Positions 14,839 through 25,701 of a DNA stretch of 56,854 nucleotides are shown piece by piece (the first letter of the stretch is position 1; the number at the start of each line of letters is the position of its first letter). This DNA comes from Seison nebaliae (lineage: Eukaryota): contig JALJEE010000349.1 in NCBI GenBank assembly GCA_023231475.1, forward strand, positions 124,001 through 180,854. The letters are read 5' to 3'. A model generated the notes under the pieces. That model did not search any database and had not been told where the DNA came from. It worked only from the letters and a program-made list of their open reading frames with translations. A program made the position numbers and the translations under genes.

Positions 14839-15723
14839 TGTTAGTTGTTCAAGTTGTAGATTGGATAAAAATTGAAGATAATTTAGACGATGAAAATTGG
14901 TAGAAGGAAATATTGATGATTTATAGAATGATGAAGGAGTTGATGGAAGTAGGAAAGAATTTTATACGAATCAAAGAATAAGATAATTCCACTGCAAGTA
15001 ACTGGTATTCATTACCTGTTTTTATATGAGCATCATCGATTCCATCGAACGATTCGTTCCATTATGTTTGATGATGATAATGATGATGATGTTCTCATCG
15101 CCACACAGACGGATATGCAGATAAAATATTCATACAATAGACATCGGCGTTATCTGTGTTATTCGTCGATTTCAATTAATAATGAACGCTCTCAGATTGT
15201 GGATGCCATTTGATTAAAAGGAATAATAACATGGAATCAGCTAATAATAATGCAATATTCAACAAATGAAACATGTTCTCTTCATTCTTCTACGGACAAA
15301 TATGGAAATCTTATTGAACAACTATTTTCATTATTTATGCTCGTAGTAATCATAGTAGTGCCGTAGTATTTGTCAGGAATTGTTGTGAAAAGTGAAAATT
15401 ACGAATAACGTTCCTCAATTCAATTATTTAATTTATATAATCTCTCCCTCATCACAATATCGATCCTCATTCATTTTTTACAAATAAATTTTTCTTTTTC
15501 ATTTTATTAATTTTCTAAAAACTTCTCATGCCTTCCCCCCTCCTTCCACTCTCACATCTGATGAAGCGGAACTGCCTCCGTAAAGAAAGAGGACAAAAGA
15601 AAATTTTTTCAAGCAACGACATAAACAGCGACATTTAAACAGCTGACACGAGGACGAGAATGGGACAATGAATGAATTGGGGGATTGGAGACAAGTTATT
15701 TTCTTCATATTCTCATAATTTTA

Positions 15724-16429
15724 TTATTCTTCTTCTTGAACACCACGTTTAATGATTCGAGTGAATTCCTCATAATTAATGAGTCCTTGACGATCTGGTT
15801 TTGCCACTTCCAACATCTGATTAAACTGAAAAAGATTTATAAGACTTTCAAAGAAAAGTTTTTTTTTAACCAATTTGTCATCTAATCGTGAATCAGGTGG
15901 TCCTTGTGCTGTGAGATAATCTCTCAATCTATTTTGGTATTAATATTAAATTGAATGGAAATGATTATATATTTAGAAGGAAAGAATGAACATGTCTTTA
16001 TGTAATTTGCCCACTGCTTCTTTGTCGAATATTTTGAAAGCGTTCAATATCGCATCTTCTGGATCAGTTCCACCTAAACGTTCTCCATACATTTGGAGAA
16101 GTAAAGTGAAATTGATAGGTCCCGATGCTTCAGCAATCATACTTTTCAACTGATCATCTTTCGGTGTCGTACCTGAAAATTGGAGAATTAGAAATATATT
16201 AGAAAAAATGGAGAGAGACCTAAAGACGAATAGACTTCTCTCAAATCATCGACACTGATCGTTCCATCTCGATCTTGATCCATCAGATTGAAAGCTTCCT
16301 TAAACTCTTGCACTTGATGTTGGTCGAACATGGCGAAAACGGAACTGGTGGCTCGTTGAGCCTTTTTCTTCTTCTTCTATTGATGGGAATTAGAAGATTT
16401 AATGGAAATAGAAATCTAACATCTGTCAT
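15724..16429 (-). CDS. Myosin regulatory light chain, copy B (tandem paralogue); 5 exons
   Basis: [57 protein letters not shown]. Introns are 16377-16420, 16173-16219, 15929-15991 and 15826-15870. Confidence 0.95.
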
Positions 16430-16758
16430 ATCTAACCCTAATTTCAATGTGAATATTCTCAGAGAATAAGAATAAATCAACGTCTCACAACTTCACAACT
16501 TCAGATAGAAAAGTTCAACAAAGAAGAATGAGTTTCCACAAAATGTTTGTTAAGAATGAGAACGTTAGAATTAATTTCGTTCTTTAATCAGATAGCCAAC
16601 AATCATCGAATCATTCCAATAATATCAAATAACAATGAAAGTAGCAATATGTGAATTCACTCCATCACTCCACATCAAACGTGAAGGATAGATGATCAAA
16701 ACAGTTAATCGGAGTGCCAAATTGAATATCTGGTATGATGATTCTCTTTTTCGTCCTT

Positions 16759-16768
16759 CCTTTAATGG
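16759..16768. promoter_or_regulatory. Candidate CArG box (SRF site) upstream of myosin light chain B
   Basis: CCTTTAATGG is a perfect CC(A/T)6GG match about 330 bp upstream of a muscle-type gene. Chance occurrence is plausible in AT-rich DNA. Confidence 0.3.
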
Positions 16769-17883
16769 CTGAAGAAAACAATTAACTTCTCTCTCCCTAT
16801 ATAATTCCTGCGTCGATTTTGATCGACAAAGATTGCGCTGTCGATTTCTCCGAATAATTCATGATTCATAGATCATTTTAGATTGATTATCTTTCTCTTT
16901 TTATGTGTTTTTTAGGGTGGGAATTTCATAGGGATTTCATGGAATTTTACCTTTCCTCCAAATAATTATTATAAGTTCGACAGATATCGAAAATTCTATT
17001 TCCTTCTCCCCATCATTCAAAAGACGCATAGAATTTTATTGTAAGTAACTTATCTTTCTTCTTTCCACTAATCTGAAACATATTTGATGTTTCAAATAAT
17101 TGATTCAACAATTCATTTAATTAATTCCATTATGAGATTGTATGAGAATTATGAGAATCAGTTGTAATTGGAAATGAAAGAAAATCAGTTGAAATAACAT
17201 GAAAAATTGTAGATAAATATAAATATGAGTGACGATAATTCATTACTCTATTTCCATCATTTTTCTCAATGACATCACTCTCCTCTTCACATTCCATCAC
17301 TCAATTACCTTATACGATAAAATTGGAGAGTGGTAGAGAGATGAAGAAATTGACGAAAGAAAGAAATTCCACATGAATCTTTTCATATTCCCCATGGAAT
17401 TGTGGGTGAATGTTGGGAAAGCTTCGAATTTGAAAGAAGATAATTAAAGAATCATTCAAATTGGACATGTCTCCTTCTAATCCACTTCATCTACTCGACA
17501 GCAATCGATTGAATATTCTATTAGAAAACATTAAATTAAAATTGATTTTCTTTATTTCTTTTCCGTCACCGTCCTCTCATCGTCCTTCATGAGAGTAAAT
17601 GTCGTTTCTCCCTTCCACCCACCAACGACATTGAACGATTTGACATGAATAATTTGTCTGGTCGACGGAACGTAACGAAAAATGTCGTAATATTGATGAA
17701 TTGATAAGATTTGATGAAACCGGAAGAGAAATTTCACAGAAAAGAAATGGAAATAATTTCAGAGAAAAATTTTTGAAATTTCACTTATTTCTTTCAATAA
17801 AAATTCTTTTTCACTTTTTGTCCTTTTTCAATTTCATTAGAAGTTGATCTGTCGAGATTATTGGTAGGAGGTTATGAAATTAA

Positions 17884-20800
17884 ATGAAAATAATAATGAA
17901 TAACATTCTCATTCGGAACTTCCTCATAACGATTGTGGTGGTGATATTGAAGATTGGTGGTGAGAAGATTTGTGACAATGTCAAATATGTGAGAACGCCT
18001 TGTTCCCATGGGAACCGGTGGATAGTACGAGTTCCTTCTTCTTCCCGTTGTCAATTGGAGGAATGTGAACGAGCGAAACTTGTCAATTGTCCGACCGTTT
18101 GTCCTTCTGGTCAATATTATCAGATCGAAGAGAATCATTGTGATGAATGTCCAACCGGCACATTCAGTCGAGGCAATTCGATACTTTATTCGAATGAATT
18201 TAATGAAACTGATTTCGTTGTGACGAAAATCGATTTATTAAGAACGAAGAAAAATAAAAAACATTTTTTCTCACCTCGATCACTTGAGAATTGTGACACT
18301 GTCGATAATTGGAAGACGACGGAAAGTTATTTGGAAGGAAGAGCAAAACATTGTGCTGTCATTCTCACTTATTCCACTTATATATCTGGTGAAAATGGTC
18401 AAGTAACTTTCCGATATCGTTCTGATGGTAATTTACTATTCCTCTTCTCTAACGATCGTAATTCGCCCATCATCTACATGCAACAAAAGATGTCACATGT
18501 CCAATTGGAGAAGACTGATGGAAATTGGCGTCAATTTCGTACGAGATTGAAATCGGGTTACAACGAATTGGTTTGGGTCATCATTCCTAACGATATGTTC
18601 AATCAGGACGATTTATTTAACGAATTCAATGAAGCGTCAATAGATGAAATTGAAGTGATCGGTTTAGACTTCGCAGAACAATGTTCGAAATGTCTATCGG
18701 GAACATTTGCTGATAAATCGGGCGCATCATTTTGTGACGTTTGTGGAATAAACGAATATTCTTCTTCTGATTCGACGACTTGTGAGAATTGTTTGTCGAG
18801 TGAATATTCGAGAATTGCCTCATCGAAATGTGAGAAGAAAAGTCGTTGTATTCATTTAGATTATAAACGTTCTTTCACTTGTACATCTTATAACACATTC
18901 GAATACGAATGGATCAAACCAATGGTCTGTGATCCATCATTACATAATTCCATCCATTTGCCAAATGGAGTGAAGAATTGTTCCATAAATTGTAATCCTG
19001 GATATGAATTGAATGAATCAATGAAATTATGCACTCGATGTCCTTCTGGTTATTTCTCTCGTGATGGAAAGAAATGTTCATTATGTCCTCGCAATTATCA
19101 AACTATTTCATCCATCAATCTCCTTCATTGGGACGACGATTGGATGAATGAAGAGAAATTCCATTTTCTTCTCAATTCCAATATTTCGGAAGAAGTTGAT
19201 GGTTGGACGAAAACGAGAAATTTTATTCGTACAAATTATCAGTCGATGCTTTATTGTTTACGACGTGATAGTTTTTGTGTTTATATCTTCCAATTTGATG
19301 TTCCTGCTGCCATTTTCACCAATGTGGAGACAGATATGTCCAATTTGGGACGGAAACGTTTCGTCGAATTTGAATTCGAAACCATCTGTCCCATATCAAC
19401 CACTAAATCACTTTGTGTCATGAAACTTTATAGTTATATTAAGAGTCATTCGTTGAAATCAGCTCAATATACCGTCAATGGTGATAGTGATGGACGTCGA
19501 ATTGCCAATTTGACAATCGATCGGAATGAACCACTTCAATTGATTTGGATGTTCCGTCCTCGTCAAATCGATGATATAGATGATCATTTATTCCATGACA
19601 CTTTCATTTTATATTCCATCAATGTCACCAATGTGCAAATGGCACCATCGACTGATTGTGTGTTATGTGATGGTCGATTTCGAAATGATGATAATGATGG
19701 AGGAGCATGTATGAAATGTAAAGAATCTCAATTCTTTTCTATCTCTAAAAGACGATGTATGAATTGTCCGAAGAATTGGAAAATAAAAAAAGTTTTCGAT
19801 CGATTTCAATTTCATTCGTCAGATATTCGTTCAAAGAAGTTATTGAACATTTCCCTCGTCGACGATTATCGACGACATTGTGAGAAATGTCCGAAGAATA
19901 TGATCAGTTCGAATGGAATTGATTGTATATCTGATTGTCGATTGAGAGATAAAGATCGTCGATTAGTCGATTTTAGTGCCATCGAACAATTTACTATTCG
20001 GACGACGTCCTCTGATTTCATGAAGAATAATTATCAAATGTGGAACATTTCCCTTTGTGGAACGAATAATATCGAATGTCATGATAACTCGTCTTCTATG
20101 CAAATGTTGGGACCGATCTTGAAGAATTTCAACGACGGTTTTATGCAGGAAAATTTCCGAGAATCGATTGACGGTCGTATTTGTCGAATGAGTTTCATAG
20201 GAAAGAGTGACAATGAAATCGAATCAAAGAATCCCATTCTCTTATCGAAAGATATCATTTCACTCAATTATTCCACTGATCAATTAGATCGACGAATTGT
20301 CATCATCGAATATGAATCGATCACGACAGCCAAATGTGAAAAGTTTCGATCGTTCGCCAAATTATATTGTCGAATTGATATGGACGAAGATATCACATTG
20401 GACTCGAATGAAAGGAGACTTATTCGAAATAGTTGTGGTGAAAAAAATGAAGATAAATGTTGTGAACAAATTATTTATTATACGAAATATGCTTGTCCCA
20501 TTTGTTTGGATGAAGAATTAATCGTTAGTAAAAGTGATTGTGTTGATGGACGACAAAGAGTTGAATATAAATCAATCAATAACATTTGTCGAATAGACGA
20601 AAAGAGAAATAATGAAATGATGGAATGTTCACCACTCTCTCGAATGACTTTATTCATTGTTATGCTCACTTTATTCCTTCTCGTATCTCTCGCTTGTATT
20701 ATCATTTATTGTTGGCGGAAGAATCTCGATCTCCAATACAAATACACAAAAGTTGTGAGTCGTCAAAATTTATCGAATAATTTCAGAAATCGTTCCACTC

Positions 20801-21264
20801 CTTTCATCAAATCAAGAAATAATAATAATAATCATAATGATGATCAGGAGATAAATGATGATCAATTGGATGAGAACAACAATAACAACAATAATGATGA
20901 TGAAGATGATGATGGAACGAATAATGAAAATGAAGATGATTTTCCTCAATTTCCAATGGCTGAATCATGTGGTATTGAGACGGATGAGGACGAAGAAGAG
21001 ATGGAAGGCGACGGAACGAATTATTTCAACAATTTCTCCAATGACAATGTGATGGAGGAATCATCAATTTTAAAATCGGCTGAAAAGAAACCGAAAATGA
21101 CGAATTTAATTGAAAAAATAAAAAATCCTGAAGTTTCCTTTTCCAGTGGTGGAACGAATCTCGTATCGAATATGATGAAATTAATTAAACCGATCAATAT
21201 CATGAGAAAGAATGATGGTGATTCCTCTGCTCAAATGAAACTTGTTAGTTTTGAATTAGAATAA
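17884..21264 (+). CDS. ELAPOR/KIAA1324 (EIG121) family type I membrane protein, single exon
   Basis: Signal peptide, Cys-rich repeats (CPSGQY, CPTGTFS, YEWIKPMVC, CNPG), YTKYACP, TM followed by YCWRKNLDLQYKYTKV, and tail motif PMAESCG. Confidence 0.9.
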   Translation: MKIIMNNILIRNFLITIVVVILKIGGEKICDNVKYVRTPCSHGNRWIVRVPSSSRCQLEECERAKLVNCPTVCPSGQYYQIEENHCDECPTGTFSRGNSILYSNEFNETDFVVTKIDLLRTKKNKKHFFSPRSLENCDTVDNWKTTESYLEGRAKHCAVILTYSTYISGENGQVTFRYRSDGNLLFLFSNDRNSPIIYMQQKMSHVQLEKTDGNWRQFRTRLKSGYNELVWVIIPNDMFNQDDLFNEFNEASIDEIEVIGLDFAEQCSKCLSGTFADKSGASFCDVCGINEYSSSDSTTCENCLSSEYSRIASSKCEKKSRCIHLDYKRSFTCTSYNTFEYEWIKPMVCDPSLHNSIHLPNGVKNCSINCNPGYELNESMKLCTRCPSGYFSRDGKKCSLCPRNYQTISSINLLHWDDDWMNEEKFHFLLNSNISEEVDGWTKTRNFIRTNYQSMLYCLRRDSFCVYIFQFDVPAAIFTNVETDMSNLGRKRFVEFEFETICPISTTKSLCVMKLYSYIKSHSLKSAQYTVNGDSDGRRIANLTIDRNEPLQLIWMFRPRQIDDIDDHLFHDTFILYSINVTNVQMAPSTDCVLCDGRFRNDDNDGGACMKCKESQFFSISKRRCMNCPKNWKIKKVFDRFQFHSSDIRSKKLLNISLVDDYRRHCEKCPKNMISSNGIDCISDCRLRDKDRRLVDFSAIEQFTIRTTSSDFMKNNYQMWNISLCGTNNIECHDNSSSMQMLGPILKNFNDGFMQENFRESIDGRICRMSFIGKSDNEIESKNPILLSKDIISLNYSTDQLDRRIVIIEYESITTAKCEKFRSFAKLYCRIDMDEDITLDSNERRLIRNSCGEKNEDKCCEQIIYYTKYACPICLDEELIVSKSDCVDGRQRVEYKSINNICRIDEKRNNEMMECSPLSRMTLFIVMLTLFLLVSLACIIIYCWRKNLDLQYKYTKVVSRQNLSNNFRNRSTPFIKSRNNNNNHNDDQEINDDQLDENNNNNNNDDEDDDGTNNENEDDFPQFPMAESCGIETDEDEEEMEGDGTNYFNNFSNDNVMEESSILKSAEKKPKMTNLIEKIKNPEVSFSSGGTNLVSNMMKLIKPINIMRKNDGDSSAQMKLVSFELE

Positions 21265-21691
21265 TTTTTTCAAAAATTTCATTTTCTTTTTCCATCACAG
21301 GATTTATTAAAGAATGAACATCATGATGTTTTTGATGATTGACAAAAATTCATTTTCTTCTCATCATCAATTGTGGAAGAGTGAGAGAGAAAGAGAAGGA
21401 AATCGAGTTTCTTCATTCCACCAACTCTTTTGTGGAATAAAATCTCATTCCGTTTTATAATTATTTAATTTTTTTTTTTAATTTATTTATTTTCATTTGT
21501 TTGCAAAGTATTATTTAATGAGACTCATTATCATTCCCACATCCTCCCCACCTAAACCATCACCACCACCACCACCACCACTCGAATTCCCATGAGTTTT
21601 TTCGAGTGGTTGATTTATTCAAACGAATTAGAAGAATTGAAAGTTTCTGTTTCTTTTAATAAAAAAACATTTTGTTTTCATTTCACCACTG

Positions 21692-23021
21692 ATGCAAAGT
21701 GATTTACTGCTGAGAAATGTTGGACGTTGGAATGAAGCGGAGAAGACGATAGAAACGGAGACCGATTGTCATCAGCCTAATAAGTGTGGGAACGCTTGTC
21801 AGCAGATGTTATTAGATAGTGAGAGTTCTCCATTTGCTCGAAATATTTGAGGATTTCTAATTTTGTCTCAGAATGTCAACAATCTCTCCAATTAGGCAAT
21901 TGTCTTTTTAAGAAGATGATGGCAATAGGGAATCAGTTGGAACGGATTAGTAACGAGAAAGTATCAGAATGTGCTGCCATCGATTATTTGCAAGATATGT
22001 TATATGAAGGCACATCAACTCAATTAACTTCCGAATATATTGGGAGAACTAAACCTTGTAGAACTGCATCAGGAAGAGGAACGACAATGAAAGATGTCTC
22101 AACAATTTTAACTTCATCGCCATGTGTGAGAAAGAAGTTGTCGTCAGTTAAAACAGATGATATTACTGTTCCAATGGACAATTGTGAATTTATCGAATTC
22201 TTAACAAATAGAAATTTCGGTAAGTGCATAGTAGATAGGAGGAAAGTTGATTATCAATTTATTTTCTGATTAAACTCTCATTCAATTTCAAAATAGGAAT
22301 GTCCAAATTTCCGAATTGAAGAAAAGTTTCACACACTTATTTTTCTTGGATTTATTTTTGAGAAAAAAAAATGTATAATATAAATTTCAGGAAACTAAGA
22401 AAAAAGAGAATGAAATTAAAAACGGAGAAACAGGAGAATGATATTTGTGTTCTGAAAGCGATGTTCATCCGATACTTCAATCAGATGGAACAGATGCGTC
22501 ATAGTGTTGATCGTCTGGAGAATTTATCGGAATATCATCAAAGGAAATTTCAAATGATCGATAAACGAATGAAATATTGGGATGGAAGTCAATTAGGTAT
22601 TTATATGGATTCATTGAATATGCAAGATTCTCGTGTTCGAATGTGTGAGCAATTGAAGAAGAGTATCGATCCATGTAAATCGAAAGATACTCGACTCGAT
22701 TTTCTCGTTTCACATCGATTACAGAAAGAAGTGAATGCTGTAAAAGTTCCTTTTATTCCTTTGACGAGATGTGATGATTATTAAATGATTTGAGAATAGG
22801 ATAAAGTTTGGTGTAATAATCGATTTGCGATTTATGATAAAATGAACGATCAATTAAAAGATAAAGTGGATGATTTAAATGAAACGATTAATCGATTAGC
22901 TCTCCAGAATCATACGTTATCCAAAATCCAAAAGTTTTTCTTATTTCTCATCGTTTCCTCTTCATTCAATTCTTCTTTCAGGACATTTCATCCATCTAAT
23001 GGAAGGGAAGATTGTTCTTAA
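21692..23021 (+). CDS. Uncharacterised, probably coiled-coil protein; 6 exons
   Basis: ORFs 21847-22269 and 22371-22784 join in one frame through introns 21825 (or 21819)-21871, 22246-22296, 22326-22390, 22746-22799 and 22934-22981. No recognised homology. Confidence 0.6.
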
Positions 23022-23163
23022 ATTATCTGCTCGTAATGACGAATGAGCAAAACTGAATGAAAAATTGAAAATATTTCAATTCATTTTTCTATTTGTATTT
23101 TCTCTCAATTTAACTTTCAATTTGGAAAAAAAAGAAAATTATTTCAAACGAATTTTCATTTGA

Positions 23164-25175
23164 ATGAACGCAGGAAATCGACGTAACGATCGAAATGATC
23201 AGATGTTCGATGATTTGACATCGATCGGTCTCTTCGTTCAATTGGCGGTGCTCGTTTTCACTTTCATCGCCTTCTTCGTTTTCAGTCGTCCTTCACCCGA
23301 ATTACTCAATCAATATCCTTTCCAACCGTTCAATGATACGACTAGTACAATTCTCGAAGATTTCTCTCGAAATTATTGGGCGACTATGGTGAAATTTCCG
23401 GTCGATCTATCAATGGAACATTTGAAAGGATTCTCATCTTTCATCATTGTCCTTCTCGGTCCATTGGCATTATTGATGATTATCGAAATTTTACTTTATC
23501 ATGAAAAACAACGAGAATTATACAACTTTCAAAAACGAGGAGAATTAAAATTTCTTAGTGAATCACCTGATTTAGTTGCAACAGAAATTCGAGTAAAGAC
23601 TAACAACTCCCAAATGATATTAGCTCGTAAACGACATTCGATTAATATGGAAACGAAAAATTTTCCAAGACATTTGATGGAGTTGTATGAGAGAATATCA
23701 TCCAACGTTTTTCTTGTATCGAATTCATTCGGTTCAATTCAACGTCATTTCATTTTAGTCAATAGTTTTGATACAATATCTTCTCTCCTCCTTCGACATT
23801 TGCGAGTATTCGCCAACAGAACTTTTGGACAAACGGCACATCGAATTCTCTCAGTTTTCGGAGATACATCTATTCGACGTATTAATATTCCACCAAATAG
23901 TTTCGATTGGTTTACTCGAACTAAACCATCAAATTCGATAACTTTTGGGAATTATGAAAGTAATTGGCATGAACGAACAGTGGCAGCAAGTGCCATTCTG
24001 AAACATATGACAGGATCGAATAATTCAATCGGTATTTTCTGGTGGAAATGTGGAAAGAACATTTTTAAAATGATCGATGAAGCTAACGAAAATAAATATT
24101 CGACAGATGATTTATTTCTCCGATTAGCCGTTTATACACAACTGAATGTGGAATTTGGTACAAACATCGAATATGAATCACGTAAATATGAAGAATTCTA
24201 TTCTCATACGAAAGAATTCAATGAAGAATTCGAACAATTGTTACATCTCGAAAATAATTATGCTCGATTATTTCTCACGTTAATTTTTCAATTTATTCAA
24301 TTCTATTTTTAACATTGTCATTCTGGATGAATATAGATCCAATGATAAATTCCAATCACTTAAAGTCGATTTACAGAAAATGCTCTTAGTGGAAATTCGA
24401 ACGACGATGATCAATTCACTCGATACAAATCAGGCGGATAGTGGAGATATTATGCCGTTCAATATCATGAAACAAATACAACCCACCGTCACGACGGAAG
24501 AACTGGCTCTTATTCTTGTCGAACTTTATATAAGTTAAAAGGTCTTTAAAAAAAATTCTCTTAATTTCATTCACTTTAGTTGGTGTGAGGAAAATTGCTT
24601 CGTCTCTTCAATGGCTATTCTATTATATGGGGAAGGAAGTGGATCTACAAGAGACATTGCGCACACATGTTCGTACACGACTCGAACCATTCGAACAAGA
24701 TTATGAGAATATATTCATCGAACCGAAACATAAACATCAATTACCGTTGTTGGTAGCGACGGTGTATGAAAGTTTCCGATTAAGTAATCTCTTACCAATC
24801 GGTTATCCTCATTCTGCCAGTCGAAATATCAAAATATTTAATGAGTATGTGGGAAAGGCGTCACCATTCCTCTTTCATTATCAATCGATTAATCTCGACA
24901 ATGACATCTTTCCAAATCCGGAAAATTTCGATATTTACCGTTTTCTAGAGAAGGATCTCGGTTTCAATTATGAGAAAATTTCGATGGTCGCCTCATTCGG
25001 TTTTGGAGTAAGACGTTGTCCCGCTAAACAATTCTCGATCGATCTCATCTTTTCATTTCTGGCGAATATTCTTAAACAATTCAATTCCATTACTCTCAAT
25101 GAATCAGATGAACAAAGTCGTTACACGGCATATTTAAAGAAACCACCATTATTTAAAATAAAATTTATTTCTTAA
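23164..25175 (+). CDS. Cytochrome P450, atypical, about 635 aa; 3 exons
   Basis: Haem motif FGFGVRRCPA, ExxR (YESFR), FPNPENFDIYRF meander. Introns are 24279-24336 and 24534-24579. Confidence 0.88.
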
Positions 25176-25701
25176 ATAAACTCCCAAAATTCTTCTCGAT
25201 CTTTTTCAATTTCTTTCCGATACTCATTTGACAATATGAATTCTCTGGATTTTTCACAAAATAATTCTGATGAGAATTCTCCGCTTCGTAAAATTTCGTC
25301 AGTCGTTCCAATTTCGTAACGATGGGAATCGAATAAGATTTCTGTTCTTCTCTTATCACTTTCTCACAAATCTTCTTATCCTCATCCGTCGAATAAAGAA
25401 TGATGGAACGATATTGTGTTCCTATATCTGCTCCTTGTCGATTGAGTTGAGTTGGATTGTGTAATGCGAAAAATATGGTGAGAAGTCGAATGAGAGGAAT
25501 CTCATTTTCATCATAACTAATTTGTACAACTTCGGCATGTCCCGTATGTCCGGTACAAATGGCTTTATAATTCGGATGAGTCATCTCACCTCCACTGTAA
25601 CCACATTTGGCGAAATTGACTCCAATTACCAATTGGAAGATGTGTTGCAAACACCAGAAACAACCGCCACCCAATGTGATGAGTTTAGTAGACGAAGACA
25701 T
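25165..25701 (-). CDS. msrA: Peptide methionine sulfoxide reductase A, GCFWC (bacterial-like) type, intronless
   Basis: GGCFWC, GYSGG, PNY..ICTGHTGHAEVV, HNPTQLNRQGADIGTQYRS, FYEAE..HQNY, C-terminal SYC. Confidence 0.96.
   Translation of the reverse strand: MSSSTKLITLGGGCFWCLQHIFQLVIGVNFAKCGYSGGEMTHPNYKAICTGHTGHAEVVQISYDENEIPLIRLLTIFFALHNPTQLNRQGADIGTQYRSIILYSTDEDKKICEKVIREEQKSYSIPIVTKLERLTKFYEAENSHQNYFVKNPENSYCQMSIGKKLKKIEKNFGSLFKK

Noticed and set aside
15559..15600. CTGATGA plus stem as a hammerhead ribozyme
   Set aside because: GAAA does not directly follow the stem, and stems I and III cannot be formed.
16432..16441. CTAACCCTAA as a telomerase template or telomeric seed
   Set aside because: Only 1.7 repeats, lying immediately upstream of the RLC-B start codon. 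Likely chance.
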